Positions 35,031 through 43,164 of a DNA stretch of 43,164 bases are shown here, in pieces. The position numbers were made by a program, and so were the translations under genes. The notes under the pieces were generated by a model. The model searched no databases. It saw only the letters and a list, made by a program, of their open reading frames with translations, and was not told the DNA's origin. The DNA is taken from the NCBI GenBank assembly GCA_017613255.1, contig JAGAEF010000055.1, forward strand, positions 1 to 43,164. The letters run 5' to 3'. Position 1 is the stretch's first letter, and every line of letters starts with the position of its first letter. Source of the DNA: Lentisphaeria bacterium. GTDB taxonomy: Bacteria > Verrucomicrobiota > Lentisphaeria > Victivallales > UBA1829.

Positions 35031-36425
35031 ATGCCCGAAAACGCGCCTTTGACGATCCCCTTCGATCCGGCTTCCCTGAAGGACAACCGGGCCTTTCTTG
35101 TTGCCTGCTCCATGGTGCAAAGACTGCGGGAACACGCTTTCGACGCCTTTCTGGTGGGCGGATGCGTGCGGGATATGGTCATGGGCAAAACCCCTTCGGA
35201 CTTCGATATCACCACTTCGGCGACCCCGGAGGAGGTGCAGGAGATCTTTCCCCGCTGCATCGGGGTCGGGGCGTCCTTCGGCGTCATGGTCGTGGCGGAA
35301 GAGGGAATGGAATTCGAAGTGGCCACCTTCCGGGAGGAACGGGATTATGAGGACGGCCGCCGCCCCGAGAGCATCCGGTACAGCCGCACCGTGCAGGAGG
35401 ATGTCTCCCGGCGGGATTTTACCGTGAACGCCCTTCTTTTCGATCCGGAAAAAAACGTGATCCTGGATTATACGGGCGGGGTGGACGACCTGAAAAAAGG
35501 CATCCTGCGGACGGTGGGGGATGCGTATACGAGATTTTCCGAAGATTACTTGCGGATGCTCCGGGCTGTGCGCTTTTCCGTGCGGCTGGATCTGGAAATG
35601 GAGGAAGAGACCCTGTCCGCGATCCGCGCTCTTGCGGGAAAGACCCGCTTCCTTTCCGCCGAACGCATCCGGGACGAGCTGGAAAAGATCCTGTGCGGAA
35701 AGAATCCCCACAAGGGTTTTCGTCTTCTTTCCCGTCTGGGGATCCTGAAAGTCATTCTCCCGGAAGTGGAGGCGCTCCACGGGGTGGAACAGCCTCCGGA
35801 ATACCACCCGGAAGGGGATGTATTCGTACACACCATGCTCCTTCTGGAACACATGGCCTGGCCGGACGCCCGTCTGGGCTGGTGCGCTCTTCTTCACGAC
35901 GTGGGGAAAAAGGCCGCTTTCAGGGTGATCGACGGGAGGATGCGCTTTTTCGGCCATGAGGAGATCGGCTCGAAGATGGCCGAAGAGATTTTGCAGAGGC
36001 TGAAACTCCCTTCCAAGACCGTGAAAAGCGTGGTGAAGGCCATAGCCGGCCACATGCGGTTTTCCCGCTTGAAGGAGATGCGGGAGAGCAAGTGGAGAAG
36101 AGCTCTTGCGGATCCGGATTTCCCGCTGGAACTGGAACTGCACCGGCTGGACTGCATCTCCTGTCATCATCTGATGGAAAACTATCTGGTGATGCTGGAC
36201 CGGATCCGGGAACTGGAGGAGAGAAAAATCCCTCCCGTTCCCCAGCCCTTCGTCACGGGAAAAGACCTTCTGAAAATGGGGCTTTCCCCTTCGCCGGAAG
36301 TGGGAAAGATTTTGAAAAAGCTGGAGACTCTTCAGCTGGAAGGAAAGCTTTCCAGCCGGGAAGAGGCTCTTGCGGAAGCGGAAAAACTCATTTCCGGGGA
36401 GCGTTCCCCAGCTCCACGACCTTGA
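35031..36425 (+). CDS. cca: CCA-adding tRNA nucleotidyltransferase with HD domain
   Basis: 464 aa from the ATG at 35031. It has 'FLVGGCVRDMVMGKTPSDFDITT', 'RRDFTVNAL', 'EDYLRMLRAVRF' and the HD motif 'LLHDVGK'. Confidence 0.87.
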   Translation: MPENAPLTIPFDPASLKDNRAFLVACSMVQRLREHAFDAFLVGGCVRDMVMGKTPSDFDITTSATPEEVQEIFPRCIGVGASFGVMVVAEEGMEFEVATFREERDYEDGRRPESIRYSRTVQEDVSRRDFTVNALLFDPEKNVILDYTGGVDDLKKGILRTVGDAYTRFSEDYLRMLRAVRFSVRLDLEMEEETLSAIRALAGKTRFLSAERIRDELEKILCGKNPHKGFRLLSRLGILKVILPEVEALHGVEQPPEYHPEGDVFVHTMLLLEHMAWPDARLGWCALLHDVGKKAAFRVIDGRMRFFGHEEIGSKMAEEILQRLKLPSKTVKSVVKAIAGHMRFSRLKEMRESKWRRALADPDFPLELELHRLDCISCHHLMENYLVMLDRIRELEERKIPPVPQPFVTGKDLLKMGLSPSPEVGKILKKLETLQLEGKLSSREEALAEAEKLISGERSPAPRP

Positions 36426-37833
36426 TCTTTTTCCATGCGCCGGAGCGTTTCCTCCAGTCCACGATGAGGGCGTCGCAGACCACGTAGAAGGTGATCCCTC
36501 CCGCCCAGGCTATATAGACGGGGCTGGGGAAGACTTTTGTCAGAAGAAAGGTCATGGGGACCTGGATCATCCAGACGGAGACGATGGCAAGAAGCAGCGG
36601 AACGCCCGTATCCCCCGCGCCCCGGAGCGCGCCGGAAGTCAGAAAACGCTTCCCGTCGTAAAAGTTCTGGAACACCTGCAATGCAAGAATGACCTTCACC
36701 AGCGGCAGGACCTCTTCGATCCGTATTCCCGTTCCCGTTTTCGGGGAAAAAACCCGTATGAGAAGTTCCGGAACGGAAAAATAGAGCACGGCAATGAAAA
36801 GGAAATAGAGGGAAAGAAGCCGAATGGACCGTTTGCTGATCTTTTCCGCCGTCTCCAGTTCCCGTTCTCCGATGTATTTGCCCGTAAGCACGGAAGTGGA
36901 ATCCATGAGCCCCAGCAAAGGAACGAAGGCGACCAGATTGATGGTCATTGCCATGCCCGCGGCGGTCATGGAAACATCCCCCAGACAGCCGAAGAAGAGA
37001 AGCACGCAGGCGAATCCCGCACTGCGCAGATTGGTCTGCAATCCCCCCGGCGCGCCGAAAAGGAACAGCTTTTTCACGATGTCGAAACGGAAGCGGAAGG
37101 CGCTTCTGGAGGGCCATTTTTTCTGATCCTGAAGGAGAAACGCGCTCAGGGCGAAAAGGAAGGAAAACCCTCCCGCCGCGGAGACGGCAAGCCCCGCCCC
37201 GGTGATCCCCATAGCGGGGAAAAAGCATTTCCCGAAGATCATGGCGTAGTTCAGCGGCACGGAAATGATGCAGGTGCCGATCTTTGCCGCCGCCGTGATC
37301 CTGCTTCTGCCCGTGGCGGTGAAGTAGGAAAGGAACGGAGCCTCCATGCAGGAAAAGGCCGCGCTGGGGGTGAGGGCGGCAAAATAGGCGATCTCCCTTG
37401 CCTTCACCGCGTCGGAAAGACTCCCGAAGCGGAAGATCCAGGAGCCGAACAGCGGGAGAAGCACCACCAGAAGGACCGAGACCATGCTCCCGAAATAGAA
37501 TCCGTTCCATGCGGAGCGCACGCACTCCAGCGTATTCCTGTTCCCGTAGTGCTGGGCTGCTATCGTTCCGGTAAAGGAGGTGGTGATGACGAAAAAGGAG
37601 TGGGAACAGTAGAAAAGCTGTCCCGCCGCCACGGAAGCGGTCATATCCTCCAGCTGGAGTTTGGAAAGGATGATCCGGTTGACCAGAAGCATGAGCGTAT
37701 TGCTGGCGTTCATGAGGATCAGCGGCCAGGAAAGTTTCCAGATTTCGGCGTATCCGCCCTTCCCGAAGATCTCCTCCCGGGAAAAGGCTCCCGCAAATCT
37801 CTGGAATATGTTCCGGAAAAATTCCATGGGCAT
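36388..37833 (-). CDS. MATE-family efflux transporter
   Basis: About 481 aa of polytopic membrane protein. The N-terminus 'EIWKLSWPLILMNASNTLMLLVNRIILSKL' and the second-half repeat 'KKLFLFGAPGGLQ' are typical MatE. The start is taken at the ATG at 37833 (alternatives at 37827 and 37869). Confidence 0.8.
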   Translation of the reverse strand: MPMEFFRNIFQRFAGAFSREEIFGKGGYAEIWKLSWPLILMNASNTLMLLVNRIILSKLQLEDMTASVAAGQLFYCSHSFFVITTSFTGTIAAQHYGNRNTLECVRSAWNGFYFGSMVSVLLVVLLPLFGSWIFRFGSLSDAVKAREIAYFAALTPSAAFSCMEAPFLSYFTATGRSRITAAAKIGTCIISVPLNYAMIFGKCFFPAMGITGAGLAVSAAGGFSFLFALSAFLLQDQKKWPSRSAFRFRFDIVKKLFLFGAPGGLQTNLRSAGFACVLLFFGCLGDVSMTAAGMAMTINLVAFVPLLGLMDSTSVLTGKYIGERELETAEKISKRSIRLLSLYFLFIAVLYFSVPELLIRVFSPKTGTGIRIEEVLPLVKVILALQVFQNFYDGKRFLTSGALRGAGDTGVPLLLAIVSVWMIQVPMTFLLTKVFPSPVYIAWAGGITFYVVCDALIVDWRKRSGAWKKIKVVELGNAPRK

Positions 37834-37869
37834 AAAAACTTTCTTTCTCCGTTGTCCCGCAGAGCACAC

Positions 37870-38436
37870 TCATTCCAGAAGGATCTTTACGGCAAGAAGA
37901 AGCAGGATGACTCCGCCGAAAATATCCCCTTTTCCCCCCAGTTTCCTGCCTGCCGCCCTTCCCAGGAATCCGCCGCAGAAGCAGATGAGGAAGGTCACCA
38001 GCCCGATGATTACGCTGTCCCGCAGGATCCCGCCTCTCCCTATGCAGGCGTAGCTTACCCCCACAAGGAGAGCGTCTATGCTTGTGGCCAGCGAAAGCAC
38101 GAGAAGGCGGGAAAAGGAAAATCTTTTCTCCTCCTTTTCCTCCTTCTCTTCTCCTTTTCTTTTCACGCCCTCATACACCATTTTTCCGCCCAGAAAGGCC
38201 AGAAGAAGGAAGGCCACGATCCTTCCCAGCGTGATGACGTGATCTCCGCACAGCGCCGCCCCCAGAAGCCACCCGGCAACGGGCATGGCCGTCTGGAAAA
38301 ACCCGAAGGAAAAAGAGGCAAGAAGAATCTTTTTCCAGGTGAAGCTGTTTCGTTCCGCCGCGCCCAGAGCCAGAGAGACTCCCAGCGCATCCATGGCAAG
38401 ACTCACCCCCAGCAGCAGGGGGAACAGGATCCACAT
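37870..38436 (-). CDS. mntP: manganese efflux pump MntP
   Basis: 188 aa with a duplicated 'A(M/I)DAL.VG(V)S' motif ('SLAMDALGVSLALG' and 'ATSIDALLVGVSYA') and six predicted TM segments. Confidence 0.88.
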   Translation of the reverse strand: MWILFPLLLGVSLAMDALGVSLALGAAERNSFTWKKILLASFSFGFFQTAMPVAGWLLGAALCGDHVITLGRIVAFLLLAFLGGKMVYEGVKRKGEEKEEKEEKRFSFSRLLVLSLATSIDALLVGVSYACIGRGGILRDSVIIGLVTFLICFCGGFLGRAAGRKLGGKGDIFGGVILLLLAVKILLE

Positions 38437-38484
38437 TTCTTACGCCTTTCTGTACGAAAACGGATTTGCGGGAAACAAAGATCC

Positions 38485-39624
38485 TTACACGACCTGTTCG
38501 CCGGAAATGAAGACCTTTTCCACCTTGGTGAGGGGGTCGAGGATGTCGCCGTCGCAGATGAGAATATCCGCATCCTTCCCCTGCTCGATGCTGCCCACGC
38601 GGTCCGCAATGCCCAGATGCTTTGCCGGGTTGACGGTGATGGCCTGCAATGCGGCGAAGCGGTCCATGCCGTTTTTCACCGCAAGGGCGGCGGCAAGGGA
38701 AAGATACTCCTGCGGGACCACGGGGGAATCTGTGATGATGGAGACCTGACAGCCAGCCTTGGCAAGGATCCCCGGCGTGGCGAAGGTTTTGTTGCGCAGT
38801 TCCGGCTTGGTGGCGTGCATCTGGGAGGGGCCCACGGCAATGGGATACCCTTCCTTTTTCAGGTGCTCGGCAATGAGATGCCCTTCCGTGCAGTGCTCCA
38901 GCGTGAGAAGCACGTCGAACTCCCTGGCAATGCGGATGGCGGTGAGGATATCGTTGGCCTGATGGGCATGGGCCTTCAGCGGGATCTCTTTCCTGAGCAC
39001 GGGCAGAAGCGCCTCCCAGCGCATGTTGTATTCCGGCTTCTTGCTTTCGTCCTCTCCCGCGGCCTCCAGCTTGCGCATGTACTCTTTCGCCTTGAAGAGG
39101 GCTTCCCGCAGTTTGGCGGCGGTGGTCATGCGGGAGGTGATGGATTTGGCCTGATAGCAGTTCTTGGGGTTTTCCCCGAAGGCGCACTTGATGGCCACTT
39201 TGGCTTTCACGATCATATCGTCCACCCTTGTGCCCGCCGTCTTCACCGCCATGAAGGCGCCTCCCAGCACGTTGGAGCTTCCGGGGCCGGTCCCCACGCA
39301 GGTGACTCCCCCCTTCCGGGCGTTTTCCAGCGTCTTGTCGAAGGGGTTGAATCCGTCGTAGGCGTTGAGTTCCGGGGTGACGGCGTCGTTTCTTTCGTTG
39401 TAGTCGTGTCCCTCATACTTGACGGCGTATCCGTCCAGCCCCAGATGGCAGTGGGCTTCCACAAGGCCGGGAAAGACCGCCTTGCCCGCCGCATCCACGA
39501 CGGGGGCGGTCCCGTCGGCTTTGCCCAGAGCGGCGATTTTGCCGTCTTCCACAAGAATATCCACCTTCACCGCTTCCGGGGCGAGAGCGGTATGCACGGA
39601 ACCGTTGGCGATCCAGTAACGCAT
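38485..39624 (-). CDS. metal-dependent amidohydrolase (COG1228-like)
   Basis: 379 aa with 'PGLVEAHCHLGLD' (HxH), 'KAHAHQ', 'LEHCTEG' and 'ITDSPV', and the C-terminal 'GSIEQGKDADILI' typical of the amidohydrolase superfamily. Confidence 0.75.
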   Translation of the reverse strand: MRYWIANGSVHTALAPEAVKVDILVEDGKIAALGKADGTAPVVDAAGKAVFPGLVEAHCHLGLDGYAVKYEGHDYNERNDAVTPELNAYDGFNPFDKTLENARKGGVTCVGTGPGSSNVLGGAFMAVKTAGTRVDDMIVKAKVAIKCAFGENPKNCYQAKSITSRMTTAAKLREALFKAKEYMRKLEAAGEDESKKPEYNMRWEALLPVLRKEIPLKAHAHQANDILTAIRIAREFDVLLTLEHCTEGHLIAEHLKKEGYPIAVGPSQMHATKPELRNKTFATPGILAKAGCQVSIITDSPVVPQEYLSLAAALAVKNGMDRFAALQAITVNPAKHLGIADRVGSIEQGKDADILICDGDILDPLTKVEKVFISGEQVV

Positions 39625-39639
39625 GAAACAACTCCTTTT

Positions 39640-41520
39640 TCAGTTTTTCTTCGTAAGGCTTACGTATCCGTATTTTTCCAGAAATTCCAGATAATCCGTA
39701 AAGCGGGCAATATCCGCATCCGAGAAGCTCTTTTCCATTTCGAACTCGTAAAGATGCATGGCCTCCAGAAGAGATCTTTTTCCGTCGAAGAGCATGTAGA
39801 GCAGGTCCGGGATCACGGAGGAGGAGCGTCTTTCTCCTGCGGGGACTTTGGCAAGGGACATGAGAGTACCCGGCACAAGCCGTTTCACCACAAGTTTCTG
39901 CGCCTCCTTTTCCAGCCCGTGGAGGGGGATCTCCCCTTCCGGCAGGGGGAGGGCCCTTGCCGCGACTTCTCCCAGATCCGTGAAGATCTCCGCTTCCCTT
40001 TCCCCGACGAGACCCGGGAAATAGCGGTTGAAGGAGAGGTACTGCCGCGCGGCAAGCGCGGCATGGAACCGGATCTTTTCCACCCCCGCGGGAAGGAGAA
40101 TGGCGCCCGTGCGGATTTTGTACAGCGTCCCGGTGATCTTTTCCTCCAGATTTTTGACGATCTCCGTGCGGATGCGGTCGGCAAGCGTTCTTGCCTCCTC
40201 TTTCGTGGTCACCGCAAGCAGTCCCACGAAGGTTCCCATGATCTGGGCGACCTTTTCCGCAAGATCCCAGTCCGCATCCATGAAGCCGGGACCGGCATTG
40301 TGGTGACAGCGGGGATTGGAAGAGTGCACCCACATGGAGGGGATCCTCATATCCCCGTCGGAGCAGAAGGTGTCGTCGGAAAGCGTGTTCCGTTCCGTGG
40401 TGATGTAGTCCTCCTTCATGTATCTGCGGAAAAGGTCTTCCACTATCACGTCCGTGAAACTGGGGGCGAGAATGGAGGACTCCCGCAGTTTGAGGCGGGG
40501 CTGGCCCTTGCCGGAAAAGTGGCACGCGCTGTCGAAGCTCATCACCGTGAGGATCTTTTTCACCCTCTCCTTGTCCGTGAAGTATTCGTAGTAGCCGTAC
40601 CGTTCCATGGAAAGGACGATCCGCAGCGATTTCTGCAAGGGGGGGATCACGCCTGCCTCCGAGGCCTCCTTGACGGCCTGACACAGTTCCATGATGATCA
40701 TGCCGCCTGCGGCGTCGTCGGGGATGAAGGGCTCGTACATGTGGGCGAAGAAGGTGATTTCGCCCTCCTCCTTGCCGGGAATGAGGCCGCTTACCGTATA
40801 GATCTCCCCGTCGGAGATCTTTGCATCGCTGTACGCCTGGCATTTCACTTTTCCCAGAGCAAGTCTCTTCCGCAGGAAGGCGGCCTTTTCCGGGGAAATG
40901 TTGAAGACGGGTATGCGGGGATCTTCCGCAGTGTGATACCATCCGGTGAAGGCGATGGCGTTGGACCAGCGGCAGTATTGAGGGTAGTCATCGGCGCACT
41001 TGGAGTCGGAGATGATGACCGCCCCCGCCTTGTGGAGAACCAGATACTTGTACCGCGCTATGGAGTAGCCGTCCATGAGGATGACTTTTCCCGCGATGGT
41101 TTTGCCTTCCGGATCTTCCTTTGCGATGTTCCTGTCGTCCAGGATCTCGCTGAAAAGTCCCCCTTCCGGCGTGCCGCAGCCCCAGACGCCGGAGTTGAAT
41201 GGATCAACATCGCTGTCGGCTATATACTGCTCCTTCTCGGAAAGGGAGTCGTCCAGAATCCTTACATAAGCTCTTCCCTTCATATCCCAGGCGTTGGGCA
41301 TGATGCAGTCGAAATAGGTGTTTTTTCCGTCGGACTTGAGGGCGCGCTTTTCCACCTGCACGAAGCCGGATTCCTCCATGCACTTCTTTGCGTAATCGGT
41401 GGACGCCTTGAAATTGGAATAGGAGCAGTTCCCCTCCAGAGCGTGGATGGCAAGCGTTCTTTCCCGGAGCCGCTCTATGCGGACCCTTTTGGCGATTTCC
41501 TCATAAAGATTTTCGATCAT
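39640..41520 (-). CDS. M28-like aminopeptidase-domain protein with PA-like insert and C-terminal winged-helix-like tail (DUF4910/COG4310-like)
   Basis: 626 aa with a PA-like 'IAGKVILMDGYSIARYKYLVLHKAGAVIISD', a putative metal-ligand region 'FFAHMYEPFIPDDAAGG', and a C-terminus 'LLYMLFDGKRSLLEAM...FLEKYGYVSL'. The assignment is by resemblance only. Confidence 0.45.
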   Translation of the reverse strand: MIENLYEEIAKRVRIERLRERTLAIHALEGNCSYSNFKASTDYAKKCMEESGFVQVEKRALKSDGKNTYFDCIMPNAWDMKGRAYVRILDDSLSEKEQYIADSDVDPFNSGVWGCGTPEGGLFSEILDDRNIAKEDPEGKTIAGKVILMDGYSIARYKYLVLHKAGAVIISDSKCADDYPQYCRWSNAIAFTGWYHTAEDPRIPVFNISPEKAAFLRKRLALGKVKCQAYSDAKISDGEIYTVSGLIPGKEEGEITFFAHMYEPFIPDDAAGGMIIMELCQAVKEASEAGVIPPLQKSLRIVLSMERYGYYEYFTDKERVKKILTVMSFDSACHFSGKGQPRLKLRESSILAPSFTDVIVEDLFRRYMKEDYITTERNTLSDDTFCSDGDMRIPSMWVHSSNPRCHHNAGPGFMDADWDLAEKVAQIMGTFVGLLAVTTKEEARTLADRIRTEIVKNLEEKITGTLYKIRTGAILLPAGVEKIRFHAALAARQYLSFNRYFPGLVGEREAEIFTDLGEVAARALPLPEGEIPLHGLEKEAQKLVVKRLVPGTLMSLAKVPAGERRSSSVIPDLLYMLFDGKRSLLEAMHLYEFEMEKSFSDADIARFTDYLEFLEKYGYVSLTKKN

Positions 41521-41521
41521 T

Positions 41522-42297
41522 TTACAGCAACCCCATGCTTTTGAGTCTTTCCCTGCGTAAGCGGCAGGGTTCGCATTTGATGTCGTGACAGAGCATCACG
41601 TCCTTTTCCACGGCGATCCTGCCGCAGATGTATCTCACCATATCCGTGGCGTCGATGAGCATGCTTCCCCCCAGATCCTGGGCAAACCCCATGCGGACGA
41701 ACTCGCCGTCGAACTTGGAAAACTCCTCGCTGCAGGCGGGATATTCCGGGATGAGATGCATTTCCCCGTTCACGGTGAGGGCGTTCCTGCCCCAGGACTC
41801 CCGGAAGGGGATGTCGTTGTAGGGGACTCCCGAGGCGATCTCCGCATAGTGGAGCATGGAATTCCGGTTGTTCCCCACGTTGAGCAGAAGGATGTGGGCG
41901 CCCTTCTTGAAGGCGTTTTCGTAGGAGGAGCCGTGACCCAGACCCGCATTGTCGGCGGAGCCGGATGTGAGAAGTTCCGCGTACTTGCCGGAAACCGCCA
42001 CCGAGTAGGTGGGATTGTTGCTCCTGACCGTGCCGGGGAAGGTGCGGAAGGTTTCGGAAAGGATTCCGTTGAGGACGCCCGGCGTGCTGTTCCTGTCATA
42101 GACCCTGTGGCGGGGATGATTGAGATAGCAGTAGGTGAATGTGGGCATGACAAGCGTGCCTCCGGTCCCAGTTTTTCCTGAAGTGCCGTGATGACTCCTT
42201 CCGGGGTCAGACCCTCCTCCTTGCATTTTTTGAACGAAGCGTGACAGATGAGAAGCATTCCCGGCTGGACCGCTTCGAGAACCTGTGCGAAAGACAT
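41522..42297 (-). pseudogene. aminoglycoside N3-acetyltransferase (AAC(3)/Antibiotic_NAT)-family gene interrupted by a 1-nt frameshift
   Basis: The N-terminal 46 aa ('MSFAQVLEAVQPGMLLICHASFKKCKEEGLTPEGVITALQEKLG', ATG at 42297 with strong RBS 'AAGGGAGGA') are in one frame. The remainder ('GGTLVMPTFTY...NSMLHYAE...') is in the -1 frame (track ORF 41522..42226). The switch lies at or next to the T5 run at 42171-42175. One extra base would give an intact product of about 258 aa. Confidence 0.65.
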
Positions 42298-42339
42298 TTT
42301 TCCTCCCTTTCGTGTTGTTTTTTTTGTTCCGGGAGGCGT

Positions 42340-43164
42340 CTATTCGTTATCCCACGGATACTTGATTTCCACGACCTCTCCGCCCTTTTTGGCGGACATT
42401 TCCGCATAGATCCCGGGCAGGGTCATGCGAAGCCCTTCCCGCAGGGGGATGGGAGGCTCTCCTCCCGTGAGGACCGCCTTGATGAACTCTTCCAGCAGAC
42501 GGTAGTCCATCCCGCCGTGCCCCGTTGCGGCAGGATTGTGGATGCACTCGAAGGGCGTGGCGGAACCGTCCTGTTCCACCAGTTCGGAGGCGGGATAGTA
42601 TTTTGTGGAGTTGTACCGGATGATCCGGGGGTGCTTCCCCCGCTCGCTGGCGAGTTCGAAATATCCTTCCGTGCCGAAAAGCCGGTAGTTGTGGCTTCCG
42701 ATCTTGGCCCGGCATCTGCCCGTGCGCAGAAGTTTGATGACCACGCCCGAATCGGTCTGGAACTGGGCGGACTGGGCATCGTCCCGGGGGAAACCCTTGT
42801 ACTCTTCGATGGGCGCCTGCGGCCCCGTCCCGAAGCAGGAGACTTTTCTCAGATCTTCCGGCACCACGGAGAGGAAGGGCCCCAGAGAGTGGGTGCAGTA
42901 GCGGATGGGGGAAAGCAGCTGTCTCCAGTTGCCGTTTTCGGTGAGGGGATTGGTTTTCCGGAAGAGAGTGTCCTCCCAGTGCTGGCCCGTGACGTACTCG
43001 GCCTCCATGTAGTAGGGTTTCCCCATGAATCCCCTGCGGCAGAGCTCCTGCATGACCTGGGTGTTCCGGGAGTAGTTGGGGTTGGAACCCGTGGAAAAGA
43101 TCGCCTTGGATTCCTTGTGCACCTTCCAGAGCATTTCCGCCTCTTCCACGGTGGCCACCACGGG
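42340..43164 (-). CDS. Gfo/Idh/MocA-family oxidoreductase, C-terminal part (5' end outside window; possibly GH109-like)
   Basis: The ORF is open to the window edge. It has a C-terminal alpha/beta domain with 'TGHGGMDYRLLEEFIKAV'. It is first in the minus-strand operon and lies 42 nt upstream of the AAC(3)-like gene. Confidence 0.65.
   Translation of the reverse strand, partial: PVVATVEEAEMLWKVHKESKAIFSTGSNPNYSRNTQVMQELCRRGFMGKPYYMEAEYVTGQHWEDTLFRKTNPLTENGNWRQLLSPIRYCTHSLGPFLSVVPEDLRKVSCFGTGPQAPIEEYKGFPRDDAQSAQFQTDSGVVIKLLRTGRCRAKIGSHNYRLFGTEGYFELASERGKHPRIIRYNSTKYYPASELVEQDGSATPFECIHNPAATGHGGMDYRLLEEFIKAVLTGGEPPIPLREGLRMTLPGIYAEMSAKKGGEVVEIKYPWDNE

Noticed and set aside
38437-38484. yybP-ykoY manganese riboswitch upstream of mntP
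   Set aside because: Only 48 nt separate mntP from the upstream amidohydrolase stop, which is too short for the riboswitch of about 100+ nt. mntP appears to be co-transcribed within the operon.
42161-42176. Programmed -1 ribosomal frameshift in the AAC(3)-like gene
   Set aside because: The site (C AGG AAA AAC context; zero-frame GAA AAA CTG) is not an X XXY YYZ slippery heptamer, because P-site re-pairing GAA->GGA fails. I saw no obvious downstream stimulatory hairpin. A homopolymer indel or sequencing error is the simpler explanation.
1-43164. Excess of genes whose start coordinate is congruent to 1 mod 3 (about 15 of 29 gene frames)
   Set aside because: The excess is only mild over the one-third expected. 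I noticed it because same-phase runs are what create the giant mirror ORFs (ascertainment bias), and no mechanism is implied.
1-43164. Mobile elements, prophage, defence islands, tRNA/rRNA genes
   Set aside because: I saw no ORF with transposase, integrase, recombinase, nuclease-ATPase or phage structural signatures, and no flanking long inverted or direct repeats. All intergenic regions over 100 bp (7777-8089, 9963-10347, 14406-14651, 18296-18426, 30496-30601) are accounted for by promoters, terminators or the repeat block, and none shows cloverleaf-like tRNA structure by eye.

Overview
This is a GC-rich bacterial chromosomal segment that is densely coding and mostly housekeeping. All family assignments come from reading the translated ORFs by eye, with no searches run.

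I support 28 CDS plus 1 frameshifted gene:
- Energy and sugar metabolism: the tail of an Rnf operon (rnfG, rnfE), a bifunctional class-II aldolase/SDR, and a 1455-aa GH13 + GH133 (debranching-type) fusion protein.
- Translation: rpsB-tsf.
- A monocistronic Wzz-like membrane protein.
- A PTP-type phosphatase + Gfo/Idh/MocA operon.
- hydF translationally coupled to a divergent HypF-family gene.
- parE-parC-ykgJ.
- A NagA-like / SAM-MTase / metH / murD operon.
- A lipoprotein / yicC / cysE-M29 fusion / yggS / cca operon.
- A minus-strand operon: Gfo/Idh/MocA, AAC(3)-like (frameshifted), M28-like, amidohydrolase, mntP, MATE.

I found no rRNA, tRNA, CRISPR array, transposase/integrase or recognisable defence genes, and I cannot honestly point to a clear novel 'system' island.

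The items most worth a second look are:
1. The HydF + degenerate-HypF coupled pair.
2. An in-frame serine acetyltransferase-M29 aminopeptidase fusion.
3. The GH13-GH133 giant enzyme.
4. A nested tandem-repeat block between the convergent GDE and tsf genes.
5. A homopolymer frameshift in the AAC(3)-like gene.

The very long antisense ORFs (up to 2032 aa) are mirror-frame artefacts of codon bias, not genes.
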